Assembly (NCBI GenBank): GCA_045863295.1
Contig: BTWA01000027.1
Location: 1-64,000 of the forward strand
DNA from: Candidatus Hydrogenedentota bacterium
Lineage (GTDB): Bacteria > Hydrogenedentota > Hydrogenedentia > Hydrogenedentales > SLHB01
Length of the DNA stretch: 64,000 nucleotides
Reading direction: 5' to 3'
The position numbers were made by a program, and so were the translations under genes. Of the stretch, positions 48,359 through 60,525 are shown in pieces; the first letter of the stretch is position 1; each line of letters opens with the position of its first letter. The notes under the pieces were generated by a model that saw nothing but the letters and a program-made list of their open reading frames with translations, searched no databases and was not told where the DNA came from.

Positions 48359-48871
48359 ATGGCCAGCAAGAAGATGATCGAGGCACTCAACAAACACGTA
48401 AACCTAGAGCTGTACTCGGCCTACATTTATGCTGCCATGGCGGCGTGGTTCGACGGCGAAAACATGCATGGGTTCGCCTCTTGGATGAAGGCCCAAGCCG
48501 GCGAAGAAGTCGGACATGCCGCGAAGATGTACAAATACATCCATGACGTGGACGGTCGCGTGACGCTGGAAGCCATCGAAAAGCCCCAAGATCGGTTCAA
48601 ATCCCCGCTCCAAGTATTCGAAGCGGCGTATGGCCACGAAAAGGTCGTAACCAAAGCCATCTACGCTTTGGTGGATCAGGCGATAAAGGAAGGCGATCAT
48701 GGAACCAATGCCTTCCTGCAATGGTTCGTCAATGAGCAAATCGAGGAAGAGGCCACGGCCTCCGATGTTGTGGGCCGGCTGAAAATGGCCGGAGATGCTC
48801 CGGGAGCGTTGTTGCTTCTTGACCGGGAAATGGGCGGCCGATCCGCCGGAGCCGGCGAATCCGAAGAATAG
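48359..48871 (+). CDS. ftnA: Non-haem ferritin
   Basis: LELYSAYIY, EEVGHA, HEKVVT, FLQWFVNEQIEEE. Confidence 0.93.
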   Translation: MASKKMIEALNKHVNLELYSAYIYAAMAAWFDGENMHGFASWMKAQAGEEVGHAAKMYKYIHDVDGRVTLEAIEKPQDRFKSPLQVFEAAYGHEKVVTKAIYALVDQAIKEGDHGTNAFLQWFVNEQIEEEATASDVVGRLKMAGDAPGALLLLDREMGGRSAGAGESEE

Positions 48872-49003
48872 TTGGTTCTGACGATTGGTGGGATGGAGGT
48901 ATCTTCATCCTACCTTTTTTTTGTCAACGTTGTCATTTTTTGTGCTGATCGCGAAGAGTCCTTTCAATTTTCGTCGGAATTCCGTTTTTCAAATCCCCTC
49001 AAC

Positions 49004-49033
49004 TTGACAATTCCTGTGTTCATTTCCTACACT
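49004..49033 (+). promoter_or_regulatory. Probable sigma70 promoter of the NifA-like gene
   Basis: TTGACA-N18-TACACT about 60 bp upstream of the start. Confidence 0.55.
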
Positions 49034-49092
49034 ATTGTCAATTCAACTAAGGAGCCATACCTTTCGGTGAAGTAGCCGGAAGGTTTTTCTAT

Positions 49093-50661
49093 ATGGGAAC
49101 AAGACAATCCTATCCAAAAATACGGCGCGACGTTTCTGAACTAGCGCTTTTGTTCGAGATAAGCCAGATCTTGGAAAGAAGTCTGGACCTGCGCGACGAG
49201 ATGGGGCACGTGCTGAGCGCCATTTCCGATAATACCGGTATGATGCGCGGCACCATTACGCTACTCAACCGCCATACCCACGAAATTTTCATTGAGGCCG
49301 CACATGGGCTTTCCACCACCCAGCGTGAGCGGGGTCGATACAGGCCCGGAGAAGGCATCACCGGGAGGGTTGTAGAAACCGGCCGACCCATCGCGGTACC
49401 TCGGATTTCTCAAGAACCGGCATTCCTGGACAAGACCCGTTCTAGAACCGAGCTTCAAAGGGACGAAATCTCCTTTATTTGCGTACCCATCAAGATCGGA
49501 AACGAGACCATTGGAGCCCTCAGCGTGGATCGGCTCTTTTCCGACACGGTGTCATTAGATGAAGACATGCGTCTTGTGACCATTATCGCGTCGATGATCG
49601 CCCAGGCCGTACGAATTCGCCAACGCGCCCAAGAAGAGCGTATGGCGTTGCTACAAGAGAACATGCGACTTCAAAACGAGCTGAAGGAGCGGTTTCGCCC
49701 CGCGAATATCATTGGATCTTCCAGGGCGATGCAAAAAGTATACGATCTTATACAACAGGTGGCTCAAAGCGATGCCACGGTACTTATCCGCGGTGAGAGC
49801 GGTGTAGGTAAGGAACTTGTTGCCAGCGCCATACACTACAACAGTTCACGTGCCAATTCTGCGTTCATCAAAGTCAATTGCGCGGCGTTGCCTGAAGCCG
49901 TTATCGAAAGTGAGTTATTCGGTCACGAAAAAGGCGCTTTTACGGGGGCCGTAAACCAACGCAAAGGGCGATTTGAACTTGCCCACGGCGGGACGATATT
50001 TCTGGATGAAATAGGGGATTTGTCACCCACCATGCAGGTTCGCCTGCTTCGGGTATTGCAGGAGCGGGAATTCGAGCGGGTTGGCGGAACAGATACCATT
50101 CGCGTGGATGTACGTGTAATTACGGCTACCAACCGTGACCTGGAAGTCGCGATGACAAAAGAGGAGTTTCGGCAGGACCTCTATTACCGCCTGAACGTTT
50201 TTCCCATTCATATTCCGCCGCTTCGAGAACGGAAGACGGACATTCTGGAATTGGCGAACTTTTTCGTTGAGAAGTACAGCCAGAAAGCCCATAAAAACGT
50301 GCGACGTATCTCGACGCCGGCCATAGACATGCTCAGCAGCTATCATTGGCCCGGCAATGTCCGTGAGCTGGAAAATGTCATAGAACGCGCGGTGCTTTTG
50401 ACGAACGACGATGTTGTACACGGCCATCATCTTCCCCCCACATTACAGACCGCTGAAGCCAGCGGAACCATAATGGAAGGCACTCTCGACGCTACACTTA
50501 ACAATGTCGAGCGCGAAATGATTATCGAGGCGCTCAAGAATGCTCGCGGGAATAAAGCCAAGGCTGCATCGGCCCTCGGTATTACCGAGCGCATTATGGG
50601 TTTACGGGTCAGAAAACACTCCATTGATACCCGAATGTATCGTTCTGCCAAGATTGTTTAG
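49093..50661 (+). CDS. NifA-like sigma54 enhancer-binding protein (GAF-AAA+-HTH)
   Basis: GAF ([20 protein letters not shown]), [46 protein letters not shown], Fis-type HTH. Confidence 0.93.
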   Translation: MGTRQSYPKIRRDVSELALLFEISQILERSLDLRDEMGHVLSAISDNTGMMRGTITLLNRHTHEIFIEAAHGLSTTQRERGRYRPGEGITGRVVETGRPIAVPRISQEPAFLDKTRSRTELQRDEISFICVPIKIGNETIGALSVDRLFSDTVSLDEDMRLVTIIASMIAQAVRIRQRAQEERMALLQENMRLQNELKERFRPANIIGSSRAMQKVYDLIQQVAQSDATVLIRGESGVGKELVASAIHYNSSRANSAFIKVNCAALPEAVIESELFGHEKGAFTGAVNQRKGRFELAHGGTIFLDEIGDLSPTMQVRLLRVLQEREFERVGGTDTIRVDVRVITATNRDLEVAMTKEEFRQDLYYRLNVFPIHIPPLRERKTDILELANFFVEKYSQKAHKNVRRISTPAIDMLSSYHWPGNVRELENVIERAVLLTNDDVVHGHHLPPTLQTAEASGTIMEGTLDATLNNVEREMIIEALKNARGNKAKAASALGITERIMGLRVRKHSIDTRMYRSAKIV

Positions 50662-50906
50662 TGCGGGACTCCGCCTCATGTCCCTATATTTCCTACCGAT
50701 TTGTTGTATCCCATCATTTCAAAGGAACATCCCTGTCGATTCTTCCACTTGTCTCGGCGTTTGCGCCGGATTTCCCTGATTGCGATTTTAATCTCGCCGG
50801 AAAGTCCACAAAATACTTATTTGTATAAACTTATGTTAAGTATTTCGCATATGTTTCAGGTATTCCTACGTGTTGCATAACCCTAAAATCACGTATGCTT
50901 TGGCGT

Positions 50907-50922
50907 TGGCACGTCTATTGCT
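50907..50922 (+). promoter_or_regulatory. sigma54 promoter of the degenerate EBP paralogue
   Basis: TGGCACGTCTATTGCT matches consensus TGGCAC-N5-TTGCW. AGGAG RBS and ATG 50946 follow. Confidence 0.85.
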
Positions 50923-50945
50923 GGTTTGGCTATCAGGAGTACAAC

Positions 50946-51929
50946 ATGGTTGCCTATCATCGGGCTGACTCGTCCCATCATGTCGACCCGGTGCCCGTTT
51001 CAGCTGCGGTCAGGGCTGTGGACGACCTCATTGCGCAGTTTGCCAAGGGTAGCACACCCATATTGATACGAGGTGAAAGGGGTACCCGGAAAGAGGATAT
51101 TGCGCGCGCCATCCATGTGCGGAGCCCGCAAGCGGATGGTCCTTTTATAAAGGTAAGTTGGGCGGAAGTAACCGAGTCCTTCGTGGAAGGAGAACTCTTT
51201 GGCTACAGTGAACCGACGGCCGCGATGGCCCTGTTATCCAAGCGGGGAAAATTTCAGGAAGCGGAAAAGGGGACCCTGTATCTTGAGGAAGTAAGCGACT
51301 TTTCAGCATCTACCCAAGGAAAGCTTTTGCGCTTCATTCGGAACGAGGGCTTGCAGCCTCTTGGGGCCATTTCTCCGGTCGATGTCGATGTCCGACTTAT
51401 ATTGGCCAGCAGTCAAGACTTGGAGCAATTGGTTGAACGAGGAAAGGTGCTCCGGGAACTCGTGGAAGAATTGTCGGCCTTTTCGATCCAGATTCCACCT
51501 CTGCGAGATAGGAAAACAGACATATTAAGCCTGGCGCAGCAATTCGTGCGTAAGCATGCACAGAAAGTGCGCAAGCCCACCCAACACATTTCCTCTCGTG
51601 CCATGAGTCTTCTTGTCAGTCATACATGGCCAGGCAATCTCGTGGAGTTGGAGCAGTGCATGGAGCGTGCGGTGCTGCTTTGTGACGAGAGTGTCATTGA
51701 CGTCCGGCACTTACCTCCTGCGTTACAGGAGCTGAATACGCAAGAAATTCAAGGAGAAACGCTTCAGGATACTCTCGATATCATTGAGCGTGCGCTCATT
51801 TTGGACGCCCTGCGCGCAGCCAAAGGAAACCGATCCCGAGCGGCCCAGATATTGGGGATAACCGAGCGATTGATGGGCCTTCGGGTCCGAAAATATTGCA
51901 TCGATCCAAGGGAATTCCGTACAAAATAG
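50946..51929 (+). CDS. Degenerate sigma54-EBP-like regulator (pseudo-AAA+ plus HTH, no sensor domain), 327 aa
   Basis: AAA+ scaffold recognisable, but Walker A/B, GAFTGA, the R-finger region and sensor II are altered. HTH nearly identical to the upstream paralogue. Confidence 0.88.
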   Translation: MVAYHRADSSHHVDPVPVSAAVRAVDDLIAQFAKGSTPILIRGERGTRKEDIARAIHVRSPQADGPFIKVSWAEVTESFVEGELFGYSEPTAAMALLSKRGKFQEAEKGTLYLEEVSDFSASTQGKLLRFIRNEGLQPLGAISPVDVDVRLILASSQDLEQLVERGKVLRELVEELSAFSIQIPPLRDRKTDILSLAQQFVRKHAQKVRKPTQHISSRAMSLLVSHTWPGNLVELEQCMERAVLLCDESVIDVRHLPPALQELNTQEIQGETLQDTLDIIERALILDALRAAKGNRSRAAQILGITERLMGLRVRKYCIDPREFRTK

Positions 51930-52277
51930 TACTTTTGCTTCAAAAATGTGCTGACAATTGAGGTTTTGGAGGTACGCTATTATTTTTGATAATATAGTTA
52001 AAGCTACAATTTTGTATGTTCAGTAATTAATATTGAAGCTTATAAACCGTTTTATGCGCTAAATTTCAATAATTTATAATATAGTCAAATATATTAATTC
52101 CAATGCTTGTTATAGCATAATGTAACAAAATACCATCTGGTAATTATCAAATTACTCCATTTCTACCATAATGTAGTCTTTCTTGCTGTCCACAGAAATG
52201 CCCTTTTCGGCAACGTATTTCGCAAGGTGTTCGTATTGAAATAGTTAGGAATCGCCTTTCCAGCACGGATCCATGGA

Positions 52278-52293
52278 TGGCACATCGATTGCT
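52278..52293 (+). promoter_or_regulatory. sigma54 promoter of amtB-glnK
   Basis: TGGCACATCGATTGCT (GG-N10-GC) about 80 bp upstream of amtB. Confidence 0.88.
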
Positions 52294-52373
52294 CTTGGAA
52301 CTCAATCCCTTCCTCATTTCGGGGTATTGCGGGCTGAACGTTGGTGTGCACAATGAAAGGAGATCCGTGAAAC

Positions 52374-53774
52374 ATGCGAAGCAGAATCAAATTGCCAATC
52401 CCCGCCCTCTTGGTGGTGGCTGTTCTGCTGGCGCTAGCGCCGGCAGTGTTTGCCCAGGAAGAGGCGGCCGCACCGCCACCCAGTGAAGTCGAAGTCCTTA
52501 CAACGAATTTGAACATTGTCTGGACGTGCGTCGCTGCATTTCTGGTTATGTTTATGCAGGCTGGATTTGCCTTGGTGGAACTGGGTTTGACGCGCGCGAA
52601 GAATGGTATCAACATCATGATGAAGAACCTGATGGACTTTTGCATCGGTTCGGTCGGCTTCTTCATGATTGGCTATGCGTTGATGTTCGGTCCTACCAAT
52701 GGGTTCTTCGGCACCGAAGGATTCTTCTTAAGCGCCATTGACTACAGCAGCGAATCGCCGTTTACGGATTGGAATTGGACATTTCTAATTTTCCAAACCG
52801 TGTTCTGCGCTACTGCCGCCACTATCGTGTCTGGCGCCATGGCCGAGCGGACCAAGTTTGTCGCCTATCTTTTGTATAGCGCTGCCATAAGTATCGTCAT
52901 TTATCCCATTTCCGGTTCGTGGGCGTGGGGAGGGCTCTTGAACGGCGGAGGGTGGCTGGAAGCGCCGGAAGGCGGCTTTCTCGCAAACGCGGGGCTTCCG
53001 GGTTTCTGCGACTTCGCGGGCTCAACTGTTGTGCACTCGGTGGGTGGCTGGCTCGCGCTGGCTGGCGCGATCGTGCTTGGTCCGCGCACCGGTAAGTATG
53101 GTCCCGACGGAACGCCGCGGGCCTTGCCCGGTCACAACATTCCCTTGGTGGCTTTGGGTGTCTTTATCTTGTGGTTGGGTTGGTTCGGTTTCAATCCCGG
53201 ATCGGCGACGACCGGCGACGGCACGATTGGCTATGTAGCCGTTACGACCAACCTTGCCGCGGCGTGTGGCGCGATCAGCGCGATGATTACGGCTTGGATT
53301 ATCTTCAAGAAACCGGAAGCAACCATGACTTTAAACGGTGCATTAGCCGGACTCGTGTCAATAACGGCGCCGTGCTACACGGTCAGCCCATTGGGTGCGT
53401 GCGCGATAGGTCTTATTGGCGGCGTCCTGGTGGTCATTTCAGTGATTGTGATTGATCGCGTTATCAAGATCGACGACCCAGTAGGCGCGGTTAGCGTTCA
53501 CGGGGTGTGCGGCGTATGGGGCACTTTGGCGTGCGGCCTGTTCAATCTGGAAGGAGGGCTGATTTACGGCGGCGGCGCGAAACAGTTGATCACTCAGCTT
53601 ATAGGCGCTGGCGCCTTCTTCGTGTGGGCGTTTGGCCTGGGCTTGATTCTCTTCTTCATTCTCAAAATGACGGTCGGTCTGCGTGTGAGCGCGGAAGAAG
53701 AGTTGAAGGGTCTGGATATCGGCGAACACGGTATGGAGGCCTACAACGGATTCCAGATCTTCACAACGCAATGA
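52374..53774 (+). CDS. amtB: Ammonium transporter
   Basis: [50 protein letters not shown]. Confidence 0.97.
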   Translation: MRSRIKLPIPALLVVAVLLALAPAVFAQEEAAAPPPSEVEVLTTNLNIVWTCVAAFLVMFMQAGFALVELGLTRAKNGINIMMKNLMDFCIGSVGFFMIGYALMFGPTNGFFGTEGFFLSAIDYSSESPFTDWNWTFLIFQTVFCATAATIVSGAMAERTKFVAYLLYSAAISIVIYPISGSWAWGGLLNGGGWLEAPEGGFLANAGLPGFCDFAGSTVVHSVGGWLALAGAIVLGPRTGKYGPDGTPRALPGHNIPLVALGVFILWLGWFGFNPGSATTGDGTIGYVAVTTNLAAACGAISAMITAWIIFKKPEATMTLNGALAGLVSITAPCYTVSPLGACAIGLIGGVLVVISVIVIDRVIKIDDPVGAVSVHGVCGVWGTLACGLFNLEGGLIYGGGAKQLITQLIGAGAFFVWAFGLGLILFFILKMTVGLRVSAEEELKGLDIGEHGMEAYNGFQIFTTQ

Positions 53775-53817
53775 CGCGGTTCACGGCCATCGGCCAACGA
53801 AGAGGAGACTGTGTATC

Positions 53818-54159
53818 ATGAAACTGGTGATAGCCTATGTGCAACCAGACAAACTAAACGCCGTGAAGCAGGCGCTGCAAAGCAATTCAATTTCCAAGAT
53901 GTCCGTAACAAACGCCCTTGGATGCGGCCAGCAAGGCGGGTATCACGAGAGCTACCGAGGTACAGATATCGAGGTAAATCTGCTGAAGAAGGTCCGTTTC
54001 GAAGTTGCGGTCAACGACGATTTTGTGAAGCCCACGATCGACGCGATTATCAAAGGCGCGAAAACCGGTGAGATAGGCGACGGCAAGATCTTCGTGTTGA
54101 ATCTTGAACAATGCGTCCGGATCCGGACAGGCGAGGCAGGCTCGGCCGCTATCGGCTGA
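53818..54159 (+). CDS. glnK: PII nitrogen regulatory protein
   Basis: [39 protein letters not shown]. Linked to amtB. Confidence 0.93.
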   Translation: MKLVIAYVQPDKLNAVKQALQSNSISKMSVTNALGCGQQGGYHESYRGTDIEVNLLKKVRFEVAVNDDFVKPTIDAIIKGAKTGEIGDGKIFVLNLEQCVRIRTGEAGSAAIG

Positions 54160-54180
54160 CCATTTCGCTTTTCGACCATG

Positions 54181-54226
54181 CCTGGGGTTCCCTGCTCTTG
54201 CGGAAGGGGGAACCCCGGGTTTTTTT
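54181..54226 (+). terminator. Rho-independent terminator of amtB-glnK
   Basis: CCTGGGGTTCCC...GGGAACCCCGGG stem followed by T7. Confidence 0.85.
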
Positions 54227-54756
54227 GTGCGGTTGGCGGAAACCGAGTCTGCAGCGTCCATAGGCCGGGATGTAAAACCTGTACCTCGGGACAAGCAAGA
54301 TGTAGCACGAACACCATGGCCGACTGCCTCACAGCCGGCAATACCGAAATTGAAGACTTGATCGCGCCTTACTACCGGTTACCGCAGGGCGGCAGGGTTT
54401 AGAACCGTGGACGTGACGGAACGCGCCAATGTAACCCAGGACGTGCGTATCGTACTTAACCCTGTAGGCAAACTTGCAGTCAGAGTCAATCAAGCGAGGT
54501 TTGCCGCGAATGCCTCCGCCAGTGCAGATTAGCGGGGGTGATTTCGAAGTCGTGACAAGTCCGGCCAATCTCAAAGGTGGGTTCTCTGCGGGAGATCTAA
54601 TCCCTTGGATAGATGAAGTTTCGATTGCGGCTGGCGAGTTTGGAATTCAGGCTCCGCGGGCGGAGGTTGCGGGGGACTTCATTATTCTTACTGGAATGAC
54701 CTTGTAAAGATGAATGCGCACCCAATAGTTTTGCTGTTTACGGGCAGCTTCTCTGA

Positions 54757-57700
54757 TTACGAATCTTTTACTTTGGATTCCAGTGTTGCAATCAGTTCAT
54801 TCAGGACACCGTGTGCGGCATCCGTATCGAAATTATCCAGTGTTTCGCCCAGCCGGTTCGACCATTCGTGAAGCGTCGTACCGGTAAGCACCCGCTTGAA
54901 CTCAGCAAACTGCTCAACGGCCTGGGAGAGGTCGGAATCAAGTAGTCGACTGATATCCCCGGCTAGTTGCAGTGCGGCCGGAGCATCTAACTGCGCTGAG
55001 CGAACTTGATCGTCATCCTGTTTTGGCCGAAGCAACTCCAGACTTTGTACTACGACGGCGAGGTCGGTTTGGAATCGCTGGGCCGGTGCGGAGGAGAGAT
55101 CATAGTCCCCTGATTTGAGCTGCGATTCCAGCAACTGGCCGGATTCGTAGAGTTCGAGGGCACCCAGATTTCCTGCGACACCTTTCACGGAATGGGCCAA
55201 GCGAGCCGCAGCCTCATACTCGCTGCCCTGCAACAACCGCCCCAGATCCTCAAACGCCCCGGCGTACTTCCCTGCAAACTGCGTCAGCAGTTTGCGATAC
55301 AGCGTCTCATTGCCTGCAACGCACTTCAGCCCCGCCTCCATTGAGATTCCAGGTACGTCTCTCAGTTCCGGAAGACCGGGTGTGTGATCTACCGTTTGTT
55401 CAGGCGTGGGAAACGTATTAGCCACTTCTACTTCAAAACTCGGCGCCCACTCCAACAAAGTTTCGTATAGTTGTGCCGGATCGATCGGTTTGGCAACATG
55501 GTCATTCATCCCCGCTTCCAGGCACTTTTCCCTGTCGCCGGCCATGGCGTTGGCCGTCATGGCTATGATTGGAACTGTAATGTTCCCCAAATCTTCGCGG
55601 ATCTTACGTGTTGCGGTGTATCCGTCCATGACCGGCATTTGACAATCCATCAGCACTAGCAGATATGGCTTTTCACGCACCATTGCAATGGCCTCTTCAC
55701 CGTGATTCGCGATGTCGGCATGTATTCCCACACTGGCAAGGATTTCCGTGGCAACTTGTTGGTTGATCTCGTTGTCTTCCACCAGCAGCACGCATGCACC
55801 TCGCAAGCGCGATTGGATCTCCGCTTCAAGTCCAGCATCCTTTCTCTCACGCCGGTGTCGGTTTGCATCGGGGCCAAGAATGGAAATGATTGTATCAAAC
55901 AAGGTGCTCGGTGAGATTGGCTTCAGCAAGACGGCGTCGAGATTGTGATCTTCGGTCATTGAAGAAACCAATTCGCGTCCATAGGCGGTAACCAGGAATA
56001 TAAATGGAATGTTTTTAAGTTGCGGATCGGTTTTGATGGTTTTCGCGGCTTCGACGCCGTCCATGCCGGGCAACTTCCAATCCATCAATATGAGGTCGAA
56101 TGGATTTTCGCTACTCGCCCGTGAAATGGCCAAAAATGCATCCTCGGCACTTGCGGCGCAAACGACATCGTATCCGAATGAAGTCAATATCGACTCAAGA
56201 ATTGTCCTGGAAGTCTCGTTGTCTTCAACCACGAGGACATGGAGGTTTTGAATCGTTTTGTCGGCTGGGAGAGTGCGTTCCCGTTTATTGCCTTTACCAA
56301 ATGGCAAGGCAAATACAAACGAACTTCCTTTACCCGGGACGCTGTGGGCTCTAATCGAACCGCCCATGAGTTCACACAGTCTCTGCGAGATGGTAAGTCC
56401 CAATCCCGTACCGCCGTATTTTCGCGTAGTTGAACTGTCCGCCTGTGTAAACGGAGTAAAGAGTCTGGCAAGTTGATCGGGCGTCATTCCAATTCCGCTG
56501 TCTCGAATCTGAAATTGCAGCAACGCCGTTGCCTGCGTTTCCTCCAGAGTCTGCGCTGAAATGACAATTTCGCCTGCGTGCGTGAATTTCACCGCATTGG
56601 TACACAGGTTTACGAGCACCTGATTGAGGCGCAAGGGGTCCCCCACCAAAAAGCGGGGTATGTCGGCGGGAAAGTCAAATAACACTTCTATATCGGGCTT
56701 ATCGACGGCCTTTGCGGAGATAATGCTGGAGAGATTGTCGAGTACCTCATCCAAGTCAAATTCCACATTCTCGACATCCAGTTTTCCGGCTTCGATTTTG
56801 GAGAAATCAAGAATGTCGTTGATAATGCCCAAGAGGGCGTTTGCCGATGACTGAATTTTGCACAAATAGTCGGTTTGCTGATGGGTGAGCGTAGTCCTCA
56901 ATGCCAGATGGGTTAAACCAATGATGGCGTTCATGGGGGTTCGAATTTCATGGGACATCGTGGCCAGAAAATCGCTTTTCGCGCGCGTGGCTTCTTCTGC
57001 AATTCCTTTGGCATCGTTAAGTTCGGCGGTGCGCCTTTCTATACTGGCGGCCATGGAATTAAAGGCATTGGCCAACTCACGCATCTCGTCGGCTGCAGCA
57101 ATTTCAATCCTTCGTGAATAATCCCCCTCTTTGATTGCACGAGATCCTTCTTCGAGCAGAGAAAGCGGGTGTACCACTCGGCGTTTCAGCAAGACGTAAG
57201 CATAGATGGAGGCTATGATGGCGAGTCCTGACAGGGCGGCAATGGACCACAGTATGGCCCAATTGCGCGAACGTACGCGGTTCAATTCATTGGTGGTTCG
57301 CAATTCAAGCAGGGTAAAGAACTCATCGAGACTCCTCATTATCCGGGACTTGGCAGCCAGATATTCGTCACTATCCAAAATTCTTCGTGCACTCTCAAGA
57401 TTGGGAGGTCCATTAACCGTGAAGTTGCCGTCAGAATCCCTAAACCGGCCTTTGACCGCGTTCATCGCCTCATCTTCCAATGAGACGAGACTATCGGATT
57501 CCCGCTTGGAGTTGGCGAGCTTATTGCGTTCAGTTTCGGAAAGGGCAAGTTGTTCTATCCGGCTCTCGATACTGTAGGTCGGACCGCTGGCGTCAATAGG
57601 CACACCGCCGGCTATTACATAATCCCAATAGGAAGTTGTGAACTGTTTCGGATGAGGCTGTTTACCATCCCTGATTGCCACAATGGTTCGGAAATATTCT

Positions 57701-60525
57701 TCGAAGCGCGGGTCTCCAGTCCTTGCGTAGAACCGAGCCATTCGCGTCAGGTCGTCGGACGATTGCTTGAGTTCCAGCGCCAGTCGCAGGGAATCGTATT
57801 TCCGCTCTTCGATTTCGGATTGTTGCTTTGCGCCGTCTAGAACTATAGATACCAAGGCCCCTACAAAAACGGTTAGACCGGAGAATGCGATGGAGATCAT
57901 CAAAAGTGTTTGCCGGATGGTAAATTGTGTAGGCCGTCCGATCGCAATCCATGCAAATACCATGAGGGCGACAGCAAGCGCGAATCCAAGCGCCAGAATC
58001 TGAAAAAAGGCTGAACCGGTCGGTGCCGCGGGAAGCAATTGGACTGGTTCTTCCGCACCTCTAACCCACTTCTGGCGGATTGCGGACTTTTCCGATTCGG
58101 ATATGGTTTCCATGACTTTATTCAAAACGGACAATAGTATTGGCGAGTCGTTGCGAACACCAAACCCCAGATCGAGTGAAAGGTCGGTAAATCCGATGAC
58201 GGCAAGATTTGAGACGCCGTATTCGGACATGATGTACGCGACCGTTGGATACGTTTCTATGAGAGCGTCGACTTTACCTTCTGCGAGGAATCGGACACCT
58301 TCCCGGACGGTGTCCACTTCGACATAGTCCAAGGACGGAAATTGATCGCGAAACGGCACGATGTAGCCATAGTTTTTCACGACGGCGACCCGCTTTCGTT
58401 TCAGCTCATGGGGCGTGGACACTCCCGGTGTGCCCTGTCGCGCAAATACAACGACGGGGAATTTGATATAAGGCTGCGTAAATGTCAGCTCTTTGCGTTC
58501 GGAGTTGGTTGTCTCCGAGAGCATATCGACATTTCCTGTTTCGGCCAAATGCACGGCGTCCGTCCAGGCTGTAACAGGAATACGTTCGAATCGAACTCCA
58601 AGCCGTTGCTCAAATAGATCAAGCATGTCGGCCACAATCCCGATATAGTTTCCTTCTGGCGTAAATGACTCTTGGGGCATCCAGTCTGGATCGCCCGTAA
58701 ATCGAATTGTTGGATGTTCCCTCAACCAGGCTTTTTCGTCGTTGGTGAGGGAGTTCCAAAGCAACTCCTTGGCTCCAACCTGACTCTGGGAACCGGTCAC
58801 CATCCACGGCTTGGCAAGGGCCTGAGTCTCTTCTTGCGAAATGGATCCGATACCTTTGTCGAGAATTCGGGCCAAAATCGTATCTTCGTGCCTGACGCCC
58901 ATGCGGATTTTGGCATGTTCCTCATCATCAATTCCGGGGTCTCCAGTGATGCGTAAACCCGCTAGGAAGTTCTTTTGCATGGTGTAACGCAAGACTTCCC
59001 TGTTTCCGATAAAGGCGTCGGCCTGCTGATCAAGGACTGCCGTCATTCCATCGAGGAAAGATGGAACAAGCACAAGTGCTATATTGGGATAGTCCCTTCG
59101 GACGATTTCCTCGTAATAATACCCCTGCACCACGGCCAGACGCTTTCCATTGAGGTCGGATACATGGTTAATAGGCGGATAGTTTTCCCGGACGATTGTT
59201 GCCGATGGATTGTCGAAATACGGGCGGGAAAACGTCATAAATGATTTTCTGCCGGCCGTCTCGGATACCGTGGGCATGATGTCCACATCTCCACGCCTGA
59301 ACATGGCCATTAGCCCTTCCCATGTGTGGCCGTATACGGGATTAAATCGTAAACCGATCTTGGTGCCGAGGGCGTGGAGGTAGTCCACCACAAAGCCTCT
59401 GGGTTCGCCATTTTCAACAAAGCAGAATGGTGGCCAATCCATTTCGATGGCCACATTCAGAACGGGGTGAGCACGAATCCAATCCATTTCTTCTGTCGTC
59501 AAAGGGACTGCCGGTTCCAAAGTGCCGGCATAGACGAATCCGGGTAGATCCTTTCCTCCTTCCAAGAAACCCAATTTTGCATAGGTGTCGGCGATGATTC
59601 GTTGTCGGGCGGGAAGGAGCGAGCCCAGGGCAACAAATTCGCGGGAAATCGCGACCGAGGTCATTTGCGCCTCGTATTCCAGTTTTTCTCGAGTCAATTC
59701 GCGCGTATTGTATTTGCTAAGGATTAGGTCGATTACTTCGTCCGGATGGTCCAATGCGTAGTTCCATCCCCGCATAGTGGCTCGAATCATCTTCGGCACT
59801 CGTTGCGGATTGCGTGCGATCTCGGACTCCGTTGTGAACAGATTGTCACCGTAGAAATCCACACCGTAGCTCTGCGGATTGATGATATTTATGTCAATGC
59901 CCCTCTGTCGGAAATCGAACGGTTCGTTTGTGATGTAACCGTCGAGAACATCGACTTTGCCATTGATCAGGTCGTCTAACGTGAACGATTGGGGAATGTA
60001 GGAAATATTCGGGGTTCTGCCATGCGTGGCCATGATGGCTGCAAGCAGGGGCGCCTCATCGTGGGACCCGACATCCATCATGACGCGTTTGCCGTCCATT
60101 TCGAATGGACTTGTAATTCCACTTTCTCTTAGCGAAATGAAGACATGGGGTGAATGCTGAAAGATCTGCGTCAGCAACACGACAGGCATTCCCTTGGCTC
60201 TGTCAACGTACAAACCGGCATCACCCACGCCGTATTCAGCCTTGCCGCCGGTCACAGCCTGTACCGGATTTGAAGTTGTATCTCGTTCCACCAAGAGAAC
60301 GTCCAAACCTTCCTCGGCATAAAACCCTTTTTCCACCGCCGCGTAGTACCCTGCAAACTGAAACTGGTTAAACCACTTGAGTTGAAGGCGAACCGTTTCC
60401 ATATCTTCCGCGGAGCCCAATTGGTATTCAGGGAGCGCAGCAAGAATAAGAAGCAGGATGGCCCAATGGCGTACGACGGAAACTAACGCAATGGAAAAGC
60501 CGCGTCGGCACCCCGAGAGTGGCAT
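54757..60525 (-). CDS. Multi-sensor hybrid histidine kinase (NMT1/THI5-like SBP, 2 x family-3 SBP, periplasmic helical domain, HAMP, HisKA, HATPase, 2 x REC, Hpt); start uncertain
   Basis: [22 protein letters not shown] / [60 protein letters not shown]. Confidence 0.93.
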   Translation of the reverse strand: MPLSGCRRGFSIALVSVVRHWAILLLILAALPEYQLGSAEDMETVRLQLKWFNQFQFAGYYAAVEKGFYAEEGLDVLLVERDTTSNPVQAVTGGKAEYGVGDAGLYVDRAKGMPVVLLTQIFQHSPHVFISLRESGITSPFEMDGKRVMMDVGSHDEAPLLAAIMATHGRTPNISYIPQSFTLDDLINGKVDVLDGYITNEPFDFRQRGIDINIINPQSYGVDFYGDNLFTTESEIARNPQRVPKMIRATMRGWNYALDHPDEVIDLILSKYNTRELTREKLEYEAQMTSVAISREFVALGSLLPARQRIIADTYAKLGFLEGGKDLPGFVYAGTLEPAVPLTTEEMDWIRAHPVLNVAIEMDWPPFCFVENGEPRGFVVDYLHALGTKIGLRFNPVYGHTWEGLMAMFRRGDVDIMPTVSETAGRKSFMTFSRPYFDNPSATIVRENYPPINHVSDLNGKRLAVVQGYYYEEIVRRDYPNIALVLVPSFLDGMTAVLDQQADAFIGNREVLRYTMQKNFLAGLRITGDPGIDDEEHAKIRMGVRHEDTILARILDKGIGSISQEETQALAKPWMVTGSQSQVGAKELLWNSLTNDEKAWLREHPTIRFTGDPDWMPQESFTPEGNYIGIVADMLDLFEQRLGVRFERIPVTAWTDAVHLAETGNVDMLSETTNSERKELTFTQPYIKFPVVVFARQGTPGVSTPHELKRKRVAVVKNYGYIVPFRDQFPSLDYVEVDTVREGVRFLAEGKVDALIETYPTVAYIMSEYGVSNLAVIGFTDLSLDLGFGVRNDSPILLSVLNKVMETISESEKSAIRQKWVRGAEEPVQLLPAAPTGSAFFQILALGFALAVALMVFAWIAIGRPTQFTIRQTLLMISIAFSGLTVFVGALVSIVLDGAKQQSEIEERKYDSLRLALELKQSSDDLTRMARFYARTGDPRFEEYFRTIVAIRDGKQPHPKQFTTSYWDYVIAGGVPIDASGPTYSIESRIEQLALSETERNKLANSKRESDSLVSLEDEAMNAVKGRFRDSDGNFTVNGPPNLESARRILDSDEYLAAKSRIMRSLDEFFTLLELRTTNELNRVRSRNWAILWSIAALSGLAIIASIYAYVLLKRRVVHPLSLLEEGSRAIKEGDYSRRIEIAAADEMRELANAFNSMAASIERRTAELNDAKGIAEEATRAKSDFLATMSHEIRTPMNAIIGLTHLALRTTLTHQQTDYLCKIQSSANALLGIINDILDFSKIEAGKLDVENVEFDLDEVLDNLSSIISAKAVDKPDIEVLFDFPADIPRFLVGDPLRLNQVLVNLCTNAVKFTHAGEIVISAQTLEETQATALLQFQIRDSGIGMTPDQLARLFTPFTQADSSTTRKYGGTGLGLTISQRLCELMGGSIRAHSVPGKGSSFVFALPFGKGNKRERTLPADKTIQNLHVLVVEDNETSRTILESILTSFGYDVVCAASAEDAFLAISRASSENPFDLILMDWKLPGMDGVEAAKTIKTDPQLKNIPFIFLVTAYGRELVSSMTEDHNLDAVLLKPISPSTLFDTIISILGPDANRHRRERKDAGLEAEIQSRLRGACVLLVEDNEINQQVATEILASVGIHADIANHGEEAIAMVREKPYLLVLMDCQMPVMDGYTATRKIREDLGNITVPIIAMTANAMAGDREKCLEAGMNDHVAKPIDPAQLYETLLEWAPSFEVEVANTFPTPEQTVDHTPGLPELRDVPGISMEAGLKCVAGNETLYRKLLTQFAGKYAGAFEDLGRLLQGSEYEAAARLAHSVKGVAGNLGALELYESGQLLESQLKSGDYDLSSAPAQRFQTDLAVVVQSLELLRPKQDDDQVRSAQLDAPAALQLAGDISRLLDSDLSQAVEQFAEFKRVLTGTTLHEWSNRLGETLDNFDTDAAHGVLNELIATLESKVKDS

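Noticed and set aside
50895..50945. Longer N-terminus given by the ORF track for the second EBP (similar over-extensions for ccsA, cas1, cas9, tsaB, yciH)
   Set aside because: The extension runs through the sigma54 promoter; RBS-supported downstream starts were used instead.
51930..52160. Very AT-rich stretch suggesting foreign DNA or an origin
   Set aside because: Better explained as the enhancer and bending region of the amtB sigma54 promoter; no DnaA-box cluster or mobile-element ends seen.
54227..54756. 530-bp gap between convergent glnK and kinase genes with short ORFs
   Set aside because: No RBS-supported ORF, repeat or recognisable RNA motif.
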